From the NCBI GenBank assembly GCA_963693365.1, contig CAVNZM010000007.1:5515962-5579961 (forward strand): a DNA stretch of 64,000 nt, in the 5' to 3' direction. Of the stretch, positions 1 through 13,475 are shown one piece after another (the stretch's first letter is position 1; the number at the start of each line of letters is the position of its first letter). This stretch comes from Amoebidium appalachense. Lineage: Eukaryota > Protista > Ichthyosporea. Made by a program: the position numbers and the translations under genes. Below the pieces are notes generated by a model that saw only the letters and a list, made by a program, of their open reading frames with translations, was not told the DNA's origin and did no database searches.

Positions 1-75
1 GGGGGTTCATGTGTGTGTGTGTGTGTGTGTTTTTGACAGACACACACCCTTACGTGCAACAACATGCCTCCCCAG

Positions 76-547
76 GTCTATACCCGAGGACACACACCCG
101 CCCCCAGTGCCACCGCCTCATCCCCCTACACCACCACCGCAGCAGACTGGGCCAAATTTTCCGCAACCACCGCCGGGCTTCCCACCGGGGGCATACCCAC
201 CACCCTCCCCTACACCCTTCCCGCCGCCGCCAATGGGCTATCCAAACGCAGAACACCACCATCCGAATTTTCCAAATTTTCCGAATTTTCCGGGTTATCC
301 CCCGGGTATGCATGTGCCGCCGCCGTTTCCAGGTGGCATGAATAATGGACAAAATTTGGGGTCCTTCAACGGAGGAGGGCCATATGGGAGTCAGCAGACG
401 TACACCAATCAAATGCTTCCACCCGTCCCAAATTTGGTATTGCCTCTCACTATCCACCCCACAGATCCCGCCCCCCCCCCTCCCCCCCCGTTCCCTGCCC
501 TCCTTCCTCCCCCCCTCCCCTCACACGCTCGCACACACGCACGCGCG

Positions 548-592
<45 letters not shown>

Positions 593-817
593 CCTCCCCT
601 CCCCCTGACACCGTTTCAAAGCGCCTCCGCTCCCCTGCTCTGCCCAAACACATAGATGTGTTCCTCTTGTACATCTAGTGTTGGCTCTTGTTTTTATTGG
701 TTTGTCATTGATGTGGGTCGTTTGTGCCTCTTTTCAGCACCAACACACATGCACACACACTCCCTCTATCCCTCCCTTTCTTCTTTCCCCCCTTGCGCTT
801 TCCCTCCCTGCCCCCCT

Positions 818-851
<34 letters not shown>

Positions 852-1056
852 CCCCTTCCCTTCCTTCCCCCCTCCCCCCCTCCCTCCCTGCCCCTCCCTT
901 CCCCCTCCCCCCCCCCCCCCCCTCCACTTCTCTGCCTGTCCTTCTGTCTCTCTACCTGTCGTATGTTTTTGTGTGTCCCCTCTGTCCTCCCCCCCCCCCC
1001 CCCCCCCCCCTCCCTCCCCCCCCCCCCCTCTCCCCACACACACACACACACACACA

Positions 1057-1135
<79 letters not shown>

Positions 1136-1591
1136 GTTTATGCTTTTTCTTCAGGCACCGTTTGCTTTTCCTGTATGTGGTAGTTACCGTTCACCTGTGC
1201 AGTTGACTCACGTGCATACCCCCCCCTCACCCCCCTCCCCCCCTCCCACCAACACACACCGTCACACACACACACACCAAATAAAAAAGGAAATGGAAAT
1301 GGACGGGGAGAGGAGAGAGGGGGAGGGAGGGGGGTGGGTTGGGGGGGGGGGGAGGGGGGGGGAGGGGGGGAGCAAGAAGGAAAAAAACGCAGGGGAGGGT
1401 AAAGAAAGAGAAGGAGGAAAACCGAAAGAAATTGGTGCACATGCTTACACCTATTCAAACGGAGTACCGTGCCGCCGCCACCACCGACTTTGCCACCACA
1501 CACACACACACACTCACACACACTCACTCAACTCACTCACTCAACTCACTCGCTCACTCACTTACACACACACGCACACACACACACGTAC

Positions 1592-1676
<85 letters not shown>

Positions 1677-2021
1677 ACATACACACGTACATACACACAC
1701 ACGTCACACACACACGCACACACACACAAACACACCCACACACACACACACAGCCTCCACCCACCCGTCCTCCGTTCCTCCCACCACCACCGGGGCCACC
1801 TCCACCCATACCCACCCACTATGCAACTCAGAGCCAACCAGGCAACACTGCAGCCAAACGGGTAGCAACCCCCCCCCCCCCCCCCCCCCCCCTTCCCCCC
1901 CTTCTCGGATATTGTGGGAGAGTTGGGCAGCCCCTTGAGGATGGACTCTGCTTATGATGTGTATTTCTATGTGTGGTTCACTGTGAATGTGTACTTTGTT
2001 CTCTATCATTCTTTCTTTACC

Positions 2022-2077
<56 letters not shown>

Positions 2078-2965
2078 CATCGCCAATCCCCAGGATGGGC
2101 TCTGCTTTTTTTGCATACTCTTTTTGTGTATGTGCGCGTTTCATATCTGCATTGTGCTGTCCGCCGTAAGTGTATTCTTACTACTGTGACTCATTCTAAA
2201 CCCCCTCCTCCTCTCTCCTCTTGTCCCCTCCCCCCTGCCCGCCCATTTTTTTTCATTTGCCAATCCACGGCGCATTGATCTGTGTGTCATGGATTGCTTG
2301 TGCTTTGTGCTGTTGACCCTATCATGCATTCTTAACCCCCTCCCCCTTCCCCCGCGCCGATAATTATACTCTTTATGTGTGGGTTTCGCTCTGCATCGTG
2401 TTGTCCGTTGTTTATGTGTACTTCGTACTTAATGACGCATTTGAACACCCCCCCCTTCCCCCCCCAACCCCACTCCACCCCCACCCCACCCCACTCACCA
2501 CTCGTCCCCCCTCCCGCCCTTCCCCCCACCACCACCTGCCCCCTCCCCTTGTTTACATAATCTGCATTGTGTTATCCATCGTGAATGTGTACATTGCATT
2601 CTGTAACACGTTCTAGCCCTCTCCCCCTCCCCCCTCTCCCCCCTCCTCCCCCCTCTCTCCCCTTTGCTTCCTGTTGCCTTTACCCACACAACCCAAACAC
2701 CCCCTCTGGGTGAGGAGGGGGAGGGGGGGGGGGGGAAGAATTCCTTATTGGACGGCTGCTGTTGCACACACCTTCACATTACGTCATTTTGATTCGCTGT
2801 AGTCTAACACGCTCCAGGCATTGCACACATACACATACATGTGTGCGGGCGCGTACACACACCACACACACCACTCACTCCACACACTCACACGCATCTT
2901 CTTAATCAATCACCTCTTACACACATTCCTCCGCGGGCATGAGGAAACACACACACACACACAGA

Positions 2966-2996
<31 letters not shown>

Positions 2997-3054
2997 ACAT
3001 ACACACACATACACACACATATACACACACACACAGAGGACTCACACACACAAC

Positions 3055-3116
<62 letters not shown>

Positions 3117-3205
3117 ACACACACAGAGGACTCACACACACAACACACACACACACACACACGCATATACACACACAGAGAGGACTCACACACACAACAC
3201 ACGCG

Positions 3206-3246
<41 letters not shown>

Positions 3247-3309
3247 CCGGCTGACCAGGAGCCTGTAGTGGGACCCGTCCCTAAACCCAAGGAAAGACGG
3301 CGCATTTGA
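76..3309 (+). CDS. 3' portion of a spliced gene encoding a proline-rich protein (5' part lies outside the window; function unknown)
   Basis: Exons 76-436 (..PPPPGFPPGAYPPP..PVPNL|GTATTG), 1754-1861 (cag|PPPTRPPFLPPPPGPPPP..AAKR|GTAGCA) and 3247-3309 (cag|PADQEPVVGPVPKPKERRRI*) join at phase-0 GT-AG junctions into one open frame. Additional exons cannot be excluded. Confidence 0.65.
1903..2620 (+). repeat. Cluster of 4-5 diverged copies of intronic repeat family A
   Basis: Copies at ~1903-2020, 2088-2200, 2360-2450 and 2560-2620 read all or part of CCCTGAGGATGGGCTCTGCTT..GCATACTC..GTGAATGTGTACTT..GCATTCTAACCC and are separated by C-runs. Confidence 0.8.
2990..3200 (+). repeat. Three tandem copies of CAGAGGACTCACACACAACAC embedded in a (CA)n tract
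   Basis: The unit is visible at ~3034, ~3124 and ~3178, with variable CA spacers. Confidence 0.8.
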
Positions 3310-4045
3310 TTGGCTGGCCATCCTCGGAACGGATTTTCTTGAATCTCAATTAATTAATTTCTTGCTGATTATCGTCCTTGCCATTTGGGCATGACATCTT
3401 CCGAAAGGTTCTTTTCAGGAACTTCTTGTGTGAATGTGATTGAATGTTGTGATAGTATCAGTGGTTAAATGTTGTGATAGTATACAGAGCTCTGTATGGC
3501 TAGGTTCCTTTTTTTTTTTTTTAATGTACATAATGATTCATGGCATGTATGCATGTTTATGCTAGACAGAATGAATGCAACCGCTGAAACGATCGTATTA
3601 CTAAACGTAGTCCTGTGATTCGCACACACGTACGTACACATGTCAGACAGATACGCACACACATGTACGTGTGCGCGTGGCATATCATGATATCTCCTCA
3701 CATAACCTACATCTCGCATCGACACTTCCCTTTATTATTTAGCCGCTGAAGTTGTCGGGTGGAAACAGCTAGTTTGAAATAGTGTTTGCCTGGTGCCGGC
3801 TGCTGATCAAAGCATCACATGCATGTATGTCGAAAATAAACAGAACACCCACACCCTCCTCCCCCCCTCCCCCCTCCCCCCTCCCTCCCTCCCCCCCTCC
3901 CTCCCTTTAAAAAGGCGTAACTCGACGTCGTAACTGTGTGTGAGGGAGTGGGGGGAGGGGGGGGGGGGGGGTTGACATTGTGTGTGTGTGTATGTGTTTG
4001 TGTATGTGTTTGTGTGTGTGTGTGTGTGTATGTGTGTGATTGTGT

Positions 4046-4116
<71 letters not shown>

Positions 4117-4302
4117 ACATGCTTGCTCTGTGCTATGATTTCTTTGGATTGGGCTTGAAATATTAAGGGGTTAATTGAATGTGCTCAGGCGCGCTTTTTG
4201 TACATGTACATTTGTTTCGGCCGGTTGAGGGAGGTCGTGCAAGAAATTCCGAGTTCAATGACGGTCGCGGTGGACCAGGGTGGGTTGTGTGTGTGTGTAC
4301 GT

Positions 4303-4333
<31 letters not shown>

Positions 4334-4556
4334 GGGGGGGGGGGATTAAACATGTACGGTTAGAACTTCTGAGTGTGCAAGAAAAAAAAAGGCCTCACAC
4401 TGTCACGTTTAGCCCCGCCACAGAGACCCCACTGCAAGGTGCCTTTGGATCCGGAGAGAGAGAAAATCTAGCCTAGTGACGAGGGGGGGGGGGGGGGGGG
4501 GGGGGTGGGGAGGAGAAAGGGGGGAGGGAGAGAGAGAGACGAGAGGGGGTGGGGAA

Positions 4557-4600
<44 letters not shown>

Positions 4601-6728
4601 CTGGACGAGAAAGATCGACTCGGAGGGCCGGGAGAGAGAGTACTTCGAAGAGAGAGCTCGAGACAGAGAGAGAGGGGAGGGGAGCCCGGAGGGAGGGGGG
4701 AGGGGGGTGAGTGGGTGGGTGGCCGAGGGTGGGTGCACCATGGGTGGGTTTACACATGGGTACCGGTGGAAGTGAGGGCACGGGTTGGATGGAGAGGAGG
4801 ACTCGATCGCGAGGAGGGAGGGAGGGAAGAAGGAGCGAGGAGCCGAAGGTCCAGAGAGTGTGTAGTATACATGTGCACGTGTGACAGGGAGGTTGGTGGG
4901 GGGGGGGGGTACACGCGTGTGTGTGTGTGACACTGTGTGTGTATCGATAGAGATAACGGAAAGGCGGCCGCGGGCCCGTGTTCCACGTGTCGAGGGGGAT
5001 GGATGCCTCCATATATCTGTGATCATTGCGACCCCCTGCAGCCGGGGGCGTTCGGGGCCGCATACCTATGTCACGGTGGACAGTGTCGACGATGTGTGCT
5101 GTTTGCTATTGAGATGCTAGTGTACCCAGCCCGGGCCGGGCCTGCCGTCACGACAAGCAACATATTCGGAGACGACAACTGCATAATTAGCCAGTGCACT
5201 CAAACTTAGGTCCTGCACAGAAATGTGCCGTGCGCCCATGCCTTCCTATTCAACATGTGTCCCCCCTGCTCGTTACACCTTCGTGACCTTGCTCCACCAG
5301 CCTGCGCTGAGTGGATAAACGCATGCACGCAAATATACGCGATGCACGCGACACGAGGTTGCCACGCGAACCAACTCCCACAGTCCCACCCCGGCCGCGG
5401 GAGAGTTTGCAAACAAACGTGGCTCACTGCTCGTTTTTCGTCTATTATTAGTCTGGGGATGGCGCAATCCTGCATTTGTGTTGCTGTTTACAGTTGTAAA
5501 TTAATGCGGTGGAGACGTGTGAGATGTATTTTTTAACGTAGATATAAACAATTTGCTTTTTTGGTTGCAGAATATAACACTAATAAAACATTCGTGGGAA
5601 CTCAATGCCTATGTCACAGGGAGAATTATCCATATGCATCTGTCGAACGCCAGGGATTGGTTTTCCTCAATCAATCAGATGCTTGGATCTAATCATAGAA
5701 CTCTAATAACCAATAGTTGCATACATCTAGCTTATGACCCAGACGATTGGGCTATTGCTCTACTAATCGCCTCGAGCGGGCACTCTCGTGATTTTAGGTC
5801 GATTTGTTGATTGGTGCGTCATTGTAATATGACCAAATGCACCTGGTAACGGCCGTACATTAGTCGTTTTGATTGGAGATATGTCACACGTTCTGTATTT
5901 CTTGTTCATGTTATCACCCTGGGCGACATACTTTGGAAAGGAAAAGGAGGCCCGGGAATGATGGAACTGTGAACAACATTATAGTCAGAGCTAAATGGAT
6001 GAAAAAAAATCAAGAGGTTAAAGCTATACGCAGAAATATGCGCAGGAATATGGAGAACATTAGGGATAAAGGGGTAGGTATGATTTTGATTTACCGGTGG
6101 CTCGCCCGGAAGCCCCTTTGTGTCAGACTTTTCAACTATTGGATACATATCATCAAAAAAAGATTCGCCGAGGGTAGCCGGTTCTTCAGGCTGGAAGCAA
6201 TTAGATACATCTGCACAGAGAGGCTTCGTAAAAGAGATAATATTAGGTCATTTAATATTATAAATGACTTCTATTGCCATTTTTTCTTGCAAATGACCAC
6301 AGAAAATGGCTAAAAGAGCAGATGCACATAGCAGCACTCTAATCCTATGGGAAACCGGCAAAATACCTGTCGTTGCCATATCTTATCATTCGCCGGACGT
6401 TTCCAAAGATCTGGCTCAGCGTTCTGCCGCGTCATGATTGGCGTTTCGCTTGCACCAATCAAAAAGCGCCAACCATCATATTATAAACCGAAATTTCGGC
6501 ATCAACTCCGTTGCCATTTCTACTTTGCGCGCAACAGTGCACAACGTGAACTTTTTTTTAGATATAGCTTTTCTGCACAAGGTTGTGCAGTGTCTTTACT
6601 CAAATATACCAAAAAGAACCCATGTTTCATTTTTCTTGTTGAGCTAAGTGGGATTTCTCTTGGCGAAAGAGCGGCTAGTCCTTCATCACTTCCCACAAAA
6701 TCTTCGTAGAAAACACGCCGTTGCCAAG

Positions 6729-8054
6729 ATGAGTCTAGACGTTTTGTTTGGCAACATGCATTCCAAAAGGCATACAGGGATTTACAGCCCCTCTCTTCCA
6801 CAACATATGAATATGGCACAGTTAAACATGTTTACACCCCCACCCACCGTTCAGACAGGCTTTGCCTCCTCACCCATGGAGTGTGAACTCATCAATCCAA
6901 ACGCTACGAGGGGAGCCTATGGAGGGGAGGAGTACATGGAAGCACGCATGAGCGTCGAAGACATGAAGAGCATTTCCGAACATGACCAGTTTTTCACCGA
7001 GCCCGCCGTTGATGACAATGGTCAGGACGTGGGTGAAAACATCATGCAGCACATTTTCAACCAAGTAAACCCCTTGTTAAGTTCCCCCGGTGAGCTTAGG
7101 GAAGAACCACGTTATCAGGTTCGCCCTTCAGACACACGCAAGGTTCACCCCACCCTACAGCTCCAATACCACCAGGGAGGCATTCGTTCGGAGGTGGTCG
7201 GCCAGCTCCTCCCCCCACGGACGTTTCAGCCCGCGCGTATGCAGAACCACTCGAGCATGCCCGATCTTTCCAGATTGTCTTCCTCCATGCAGCCCAACCA
7301 GCGCCTTGGCCTTTACTCATCAGTGCAACAGGTGAATATTGGCGTGACGGTGAACCGCCACTACACGCACCAGCTAGTCAACAACAACAACAACACCACC
7401 CACGGCCTCTACAAGCCCCAGTCCCAGTATGCGAGCAGCCCCTCGTTCATGGCAGCCATCCAAGAGCAACTCTACGACGTGCACGACATGCAGGACCAAC
7501 TCGACGCAGCACCTGCCCCTTCCCTCCTGTTCGCAGCACAGAGGATGAACTCCTACAACGGCAGCCCACTCACCCCCACCCTGAACGACTCCACGCACGC
7601 CACCTACACCCCCAAGATCCCCTTGCCATCGAATTCCTCTACCAATGCCGTCAATGATGACAAGCAGGGTCGTCGTTCAAGCTGCCCAGAGCTTGCCGTG
7701 GGCGCCACGGTTTCCTCCCCGGTCTCACGTTCCCCAGTTTCCACCATCAGCAACCTAACTGTCGCGCGCGCTGCAAGCACAGATGGCGGGGTGTCGATGG
7801 CCAGGAAGAAGGCGGCGGTGGGAGGCGGTGTTGCCGGTATTGGGCAGCCCGGGTTCCAGGGATGTAGTAACTGTGGGTGTCTGCAGACTAGTCTGTGGAG
7901 ACGGGGCCCGACGGGGGAGAGGGTGTGCAACGCGTGCGGGTTGTACCGTAAGGTCTATGCAAAGGAACGCCCCCCCGCAATGGCGTCAAAGGGGGTTACC
8001 AAGCGCAGACGTAGAAAGAACTCGGTTGATTATGGAGGCCAGGCGAAATTTTGA
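6729..8054 (+). CDS. GATA-type zinc finger transcription factor (single C-terminal finger, intronless, ~441 aa)
   Basis: CSNCGCLQTSLWRRGPTGERVCNACGLY is a CX2CX17CX2C GATA finger, followed by the basic tail KRRRRK. The N-terminus is Q/S/P-rich. First in-frame ATG at 6729. Confidence 0.93.
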   Translation: MSLDVLFGNMHSKRHTGIYSPSLPQHMNMAQLNMFTPPPTVQTGFASSPMECELINPNATRGAYGGEEYMEARMSVEDMKSISEHDQFFTEPAVDDNGQDVGENIMQHIFNQVNPLLSSPGELREEPRYQVRPSDTRKVHPTLQLQYHQGGIRSEVVGQLLPPRTFQPARMQNHSSMPDLSRLSSSMQPNQRLGLYSSVQQVNIGVTVNRHYTHQLVNNNNNTTHGLYKPQSQYASSPSFMAAIQEQLYDVHDMQDQLDAAPAPSLLFAAQRMNSYNGSPLTPTLNDSTHATYTPKIPLPSNSSTNAVNDDKQGRRSSCPELAVGATVSSPVSRSPVSTISNLTVARAASTDGGVSMARKKAAVGGGVAGIGQPGFQGCSNCGCLQTSLWRRGPTGERVCNACGLYRKVYAKERPPAMASKGVTKRRRRKNSVDYGGQAKF

Positions 8055-8907
8055 GCGAAATGATGTGCAAGTTGATGCGAGAAAGGGAGCTTTAAACTTT
8101 GATGACAGTTGTGCAAGTGAAATTTAGGAAACACTAACTGGCTTTTTGTATAGATGTATAGACGGTTGGGGTATTGATCCCTTCTTGTGTATAGCGTGTA
8201 TAGCGAATGGCAGCCTGAGAAAGGCCTGCTTGTAGTTCTGACGTAGTTAACACACATGTTTTTTGATGATAGGAGATTGTCACACGTGTTTATATCTGTA
8301 TGGTGATTTTTCAAGCACGCGCGGGTTGCAGACCAGGCATACGGCGCAAATATAAATTCCTGATATCTTGCGAATTTTTGTGTGTATAGATGGTTCTAAC
8401 CGATGACTCTGTACATTTTCTTTACGGGTTTGACTTTTGGGTGTGAGTTCTGTTGTGCTTTTTTTCTCGGACTCGGCCGAAATTTCCCGAAGGCGTTATG
8501 TCATTGATATATTCCATGATGTGCTCTTACGTGAAAAAATAATACATGGTGACCCAGGTGGCACCCCGAGAACTTTCTATGCAAAGTGTATTACATCTCT
8601 TTCTTCTCTATTTTTTTCTCTGTTTTTGAAAAGTGTATGACATGTAAATACAAATGACGATATTTCAAACATATGTTTGGATGAATGTGCACACAGTAAT
8701 GGGTGCTTCGACAAACACAAACACTGGCATGATAATCCCGGACAATCCTCGTTCAAAAGATCTAGTGAACCTCTCCCCCTCCCCCCTCCTTCCCCCAGTT
8801 CTCCCACTTCCTCCCCCATTTTCACCTCTCGACGTACACAGCACTGGTGGCACGCGCGCACGCACGCACACAAACGCAAAAACATGTACGCACGCGCTCG
8901 CGCGCGT

Positions 8908-8955
<48 letters not shown>

Positions 8956-8987
8956 ACACACACATGTGCGCATATACCACATGGCCG

Positions 8988-9047
<60 letters not shown>

Positions 9048-9694
9048 CACACACACTCAGACACAAACATCCAAAGTAGTGTAGGTTGTAAATATCAGGA
9101 TCCTTATATGCTCTTCTATTAGTGCCGTAACTCCTGCAAGTTCTTAGTACCGAACGTCACGATGGCCTTCAGAGTACCGAACCCCATCACCTCATCAATG
9201 CAATCCATACACATGCTCAGTTACTGATCCTCATTAATCAATTATTGATTCAGCTTCCACCCACGTCATACTGTGTGTGTGTGTGTGTGTTTCTTCTTTC
9301 CCCCGCCCCGCCCTTCTCCACCCCCATCCTCTTCCCCCCCCCCCCCCCCCCCCCCCCCCCCCACAAAAAAAGGGGGGGGGGGGGGGGGGGAAGAAAAAAA
9401 GGGGGGGGGGGGGGGGGGGGAGAGAGGGGGGGGGGGAGGGGGGGAGAAGAAGAAAAGGGCGTGGTGGGGTGGGCAGGCAGGCGGGGAGGGCCCCGGCCGG
9501 GGGGAAAGGGGAGTGAGGGGCGGAGGGTGAATCTATCAGTCTGGCTAGACTCGGAAGGCCTTCAGTTTGGTGGCTGTGGTGGCCTGGTGACTCTTTATCT
9601 TGTAGATCATCTGGTATAGTTTTCGTAGACTGTTTTTTTTGGCTTTCTTCTTCTTCTTCTTCTTCTTCTTCTTCTTCTTCTTCTACCTTTTTTT

Positions 9695-9741
<47 letters not shown>

Positions 9742-9954
9742 AGGATTACACTGTCAGGGTCGTGGCACTGTAGACAATTGTGCCCTCTCAGCAACTGCTG
9801 AGTCGCAACCTACTCTCTGATCAATGAGCTCAAAGGAACCATAGCCATATATGGGCTGTGCTAGGTGTTGTAACTGACGTTCTGTGCTCGGAGGCTTCTG
9901 CTTAAAGTGGATTGCTTGCAGCTGAGAGTGTGCAACTGTGGCCTTGAGGGTGTA

Positions 9955-10013
<59 letters not shown>

Positions 10014-10625
10014 ACACGCACGCACATACACACACACGTGCACACACAGCCCAAAAAAAAAAAAAAAAAAAAAAAGAAAAAAGAAAAAAACAAAAAAAAG
10101 AAAGGAAGGAAAAAAAGAAAAACTGAGATGGACGCCGACGATGGTTGGTGTCCAATGGTTTCAAATCTGATTCCCTAATATTAGCTGCCTGCACCCGCAC
10201 AACCCACAACACCAATAGAACCCACCCACCTGAACATGGGCTTTTGTCATAACACAACAGCAAGACTTCATGTACAGTAACCGTTAATTCCTACTTTTTT
10301 TACTGTTTTATAAAATATGCCGTTGTTGACATCAAATTTCTAACTTGCTGGTGCTAATCATTCCAGATTTTTTTTTACTGCTGAAAATGAATCGTTGCAG
10401 AACGATCAGAGCCTCAGTGGTGCAAGCGCAGTGACAACACCAATGAACCTTTCCATTCGCTTTTCTTATTCATTTCATTTCTTTTTTTCCTCAAAGTATT
10501 TTTCTTTCCCTCCCCCCCCCCCCCCCCCCCCCCCCGTTTTTTGGATAGGTTTACTGGGACTGGGGGGGTTGAGCCGCAGCGCTGTGATCGAATGTGGCGG
10601 AATACGTGCACACACACCGGACGCG

Positions 10626-10679
<54 letters not shown>

Positions 10680-11244
10680 ATATGTGAGCGTACATATTGA
10701 CGTCTCGCCGGAACAGCCGGCAGCCCGGGTCACAAAGAAGCAAACCTCAATATCCTAGTTCCATGCTTCATAACGACCTCTCAGAATTAGAGACAATCAC
10801 GCCGTGAACCAAAGCATTTGAAGATAAGTCATACGTTTTACATGTAACAAAGGGAATATCAACCCCACAGGGACCGATCCGGGACATACATGAATACAAA
10901 ATACGATACAAAAATACACCGGAAATTCTACTCGTTGGGGGGATATAAAAAAAGATTTCCGTTACAGTAGAAACTGATAGTGGAAGCCATCCAGTTAGTT
11001 TCTCATATTCAATGCATTTTTCAAACAATAAAACCCTATCTCATCATACACAAAAAGTAATCACATTCAACTATCTTATAGAACACGGCCCATTTGGATT
11101 GGTGGATGGACTAGAGACAGGCCCAAAAAAAACAATCACGGTCCCGGAATGGAACACGGCCTTGAATACAACTCCCAGCCATCCCTCCGGTAACTGGGCA
11201 CCCCCCCCCCCCCCCCCCCCCCCCCTTCAACCCCATCCCCCAAA

Positions 11245-11315
<71 letters not shown>

Positions 11316-11513
11316 ACAGACACACACACAGACAGACACACACCCCCTACTTAGCTTCTCCCACCGTCAACCAACATCTGCGCAAACCACCACACCACCT
11401 CCCAGCAAACCCAACCAACCCGAGCAAACACCCCGGGTTAACCTTCAGCCCACCCACACTAATAATAATATGCAAAAACGTCCATGCCACGATGGTGTGT
11501 ATGTTCAATCCGA

Positions 11514-12819
11514 TCAAGCCGTAATTGTAATTGCAGTGTAGTACACCGTCTTCCCGTTCCAATACGAAAACGAGTTGTCGAATACAACAGCCACCTTCCC
11601 TTGCCCGTCCGCAGCACCCACCAAATGCCCAAACTCCTTCCTCTCCACGTTTCCGTTCGCTTCGTTGCCTCCCGTCATGGCTTTTATATCGCCAAAGTCG
11701 CACACAAACAACACCTTAACCTCTTTCCCGCCCTCCGTTCCAGCCGGAATTTCGACGTTGACCGTCTCCTTGCTCCCTGCCTTAACATGGACCTTTTCAA
11801 CTTTTACACCCGCGATCGGTTTGTCTTCGGAGGTGGCGAAACCGCCATATTTGGAAGGTAGATTGGTCGGATCGATCATCTCGATTAGGCTGGATCGCAC
11901 GTTTCCGGCCGAGATCATGGTAAATTTGGCGCGGGTGCGTGGAGGGGCGAGGATGGAGAAAAACGCGTAGAGCTTTTCCATCACAAATGGTACGTTGATG
12001 AAGAGCTTCTTGGAGAGGAACTCGGGGTAGTGGTCCTGTGGGGGGGGGGGGGGGGGGGGGGGGGGGGGAGGGGAGGAACGAAAGGAAAGAAATGGGAGGG
12101 AAAAAAAAAAGAGAGAAAAGAGGAACAGGAACGGGTGAAGATGGGATTGAAGTGGCGGGGGAGGGGGGAGGGGGTGGGTTGGGAGGGGGGGTTAGTGGGT
12201 GGGTGGCTATGGGGTGGGGTGGTGGGTGGGAGGTGGGGGGGGGGGGGGAGGGGGGGGGAGGGGAAGGGGAAGGGGCGTGATGTATGCATTAGCGGGTCTG
12301 AATTATGAGAGAGGAGACATAAAAAATTAATGACACACGACGATATCGTACAAACACAAAACCAAAAAATGGAGGGGGGGGGGAGGTAAGGGGGGATAGT
12401 TGACGGCGTTGTGTGTTCATGCTCGTGTGGGTGTGTGTGTCTGCATGCAAGGGCATGGGTGTGTGCGCGTGTCTTTGTGCGTGTGTGTTTATGCATGTGT
12501 GTGTTTTCGCCGTTCTGTGCGTGTGCAGGGGGGAGGAGGGTAAGGGTGCGAACAAGGATGAAAAGAGGTGGAGAGGAGGAGGTGTGCGTGTTGTGAGGGG
12601 GAAGGCTTCGGGGGGAGGATGGGGGGGAGGAGGGGAGCAGCAAGAGGAAGAATGCCTACAGTGTGAGAGAATTGAAAGAGTGCCATTTGGAAATGGATTA
12701 AAGAGTAGTGAGGCGAGAATAGCAATGTTTAGTGGTGGCAGTGGTGGAAACATCAGATGGGGGGGGGGAGGGGGGGGGGGTAAAAATGGGTTGGAGAGTA
12801 CGAAATACACATTCATGAT

Positions 12820-12862
<43 letters not shown>

Positions 12863-12874
12863 AGGGAGATCACA

Positions 12875-12940
<66 letters not shown>

Positions 12941-13060
12941 AGGGGAGAAGAGGGGTGGGGTGTATTGAAGAGTTAAACAATACAACAAAGAAAATCACGA
13001 CGGCCTTCGCAACACTGATATGCAGCGAGAGAGTTAAGTGAAAGGTTGGGGGGAGGGGAA

Positions 13061-13094
<34 letters not shown>

Positions 13095-13440
13095 ATAAGA
13101 ATGCATCACACGTTAAGAAGTACACATTCACGACGGACCACACATTGCACATTCTGCAAGGCGCACGAACAAAAAAAAAAAAAAGGGGGGGGGGGGGGGA
13201 GGGGGGCATGGTTGCTACCTGGAAGAGGGCGATGATTGTTTTGCTTGCAGCCTTCATGCTTTTGTCCATACTCATCATGCTGGCCCCGGCATAGTCGTGG
13301 ATCTGTGTGTGTGTGTGTGTGTGTGTGCGTGCGTGTGTGTGTGTGTGTCCATATGTAGACAAGCAAATGTGCGCGTGTTTATGTGCCAGGTGTAGAGAAA
13401 GGAGGTGGGAGAGCAAGAAGGAAAGGAAGGAGGGGGGGAA

Positions 13441-13475
<35 letters not shown>

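Noticed and set aside
5873-6313. 146-aa basic ORF upstream of the GATA gene
   Set aside because: It has a non-ATG start in the track, no recognisable motif, and lies in a probable promoter/5' UTR region.
10768-11140. AT-rich non-repetitive stretch that might be a retroelement fragment
   Set aside because: No convincing RT or endonuclease motif could be read.
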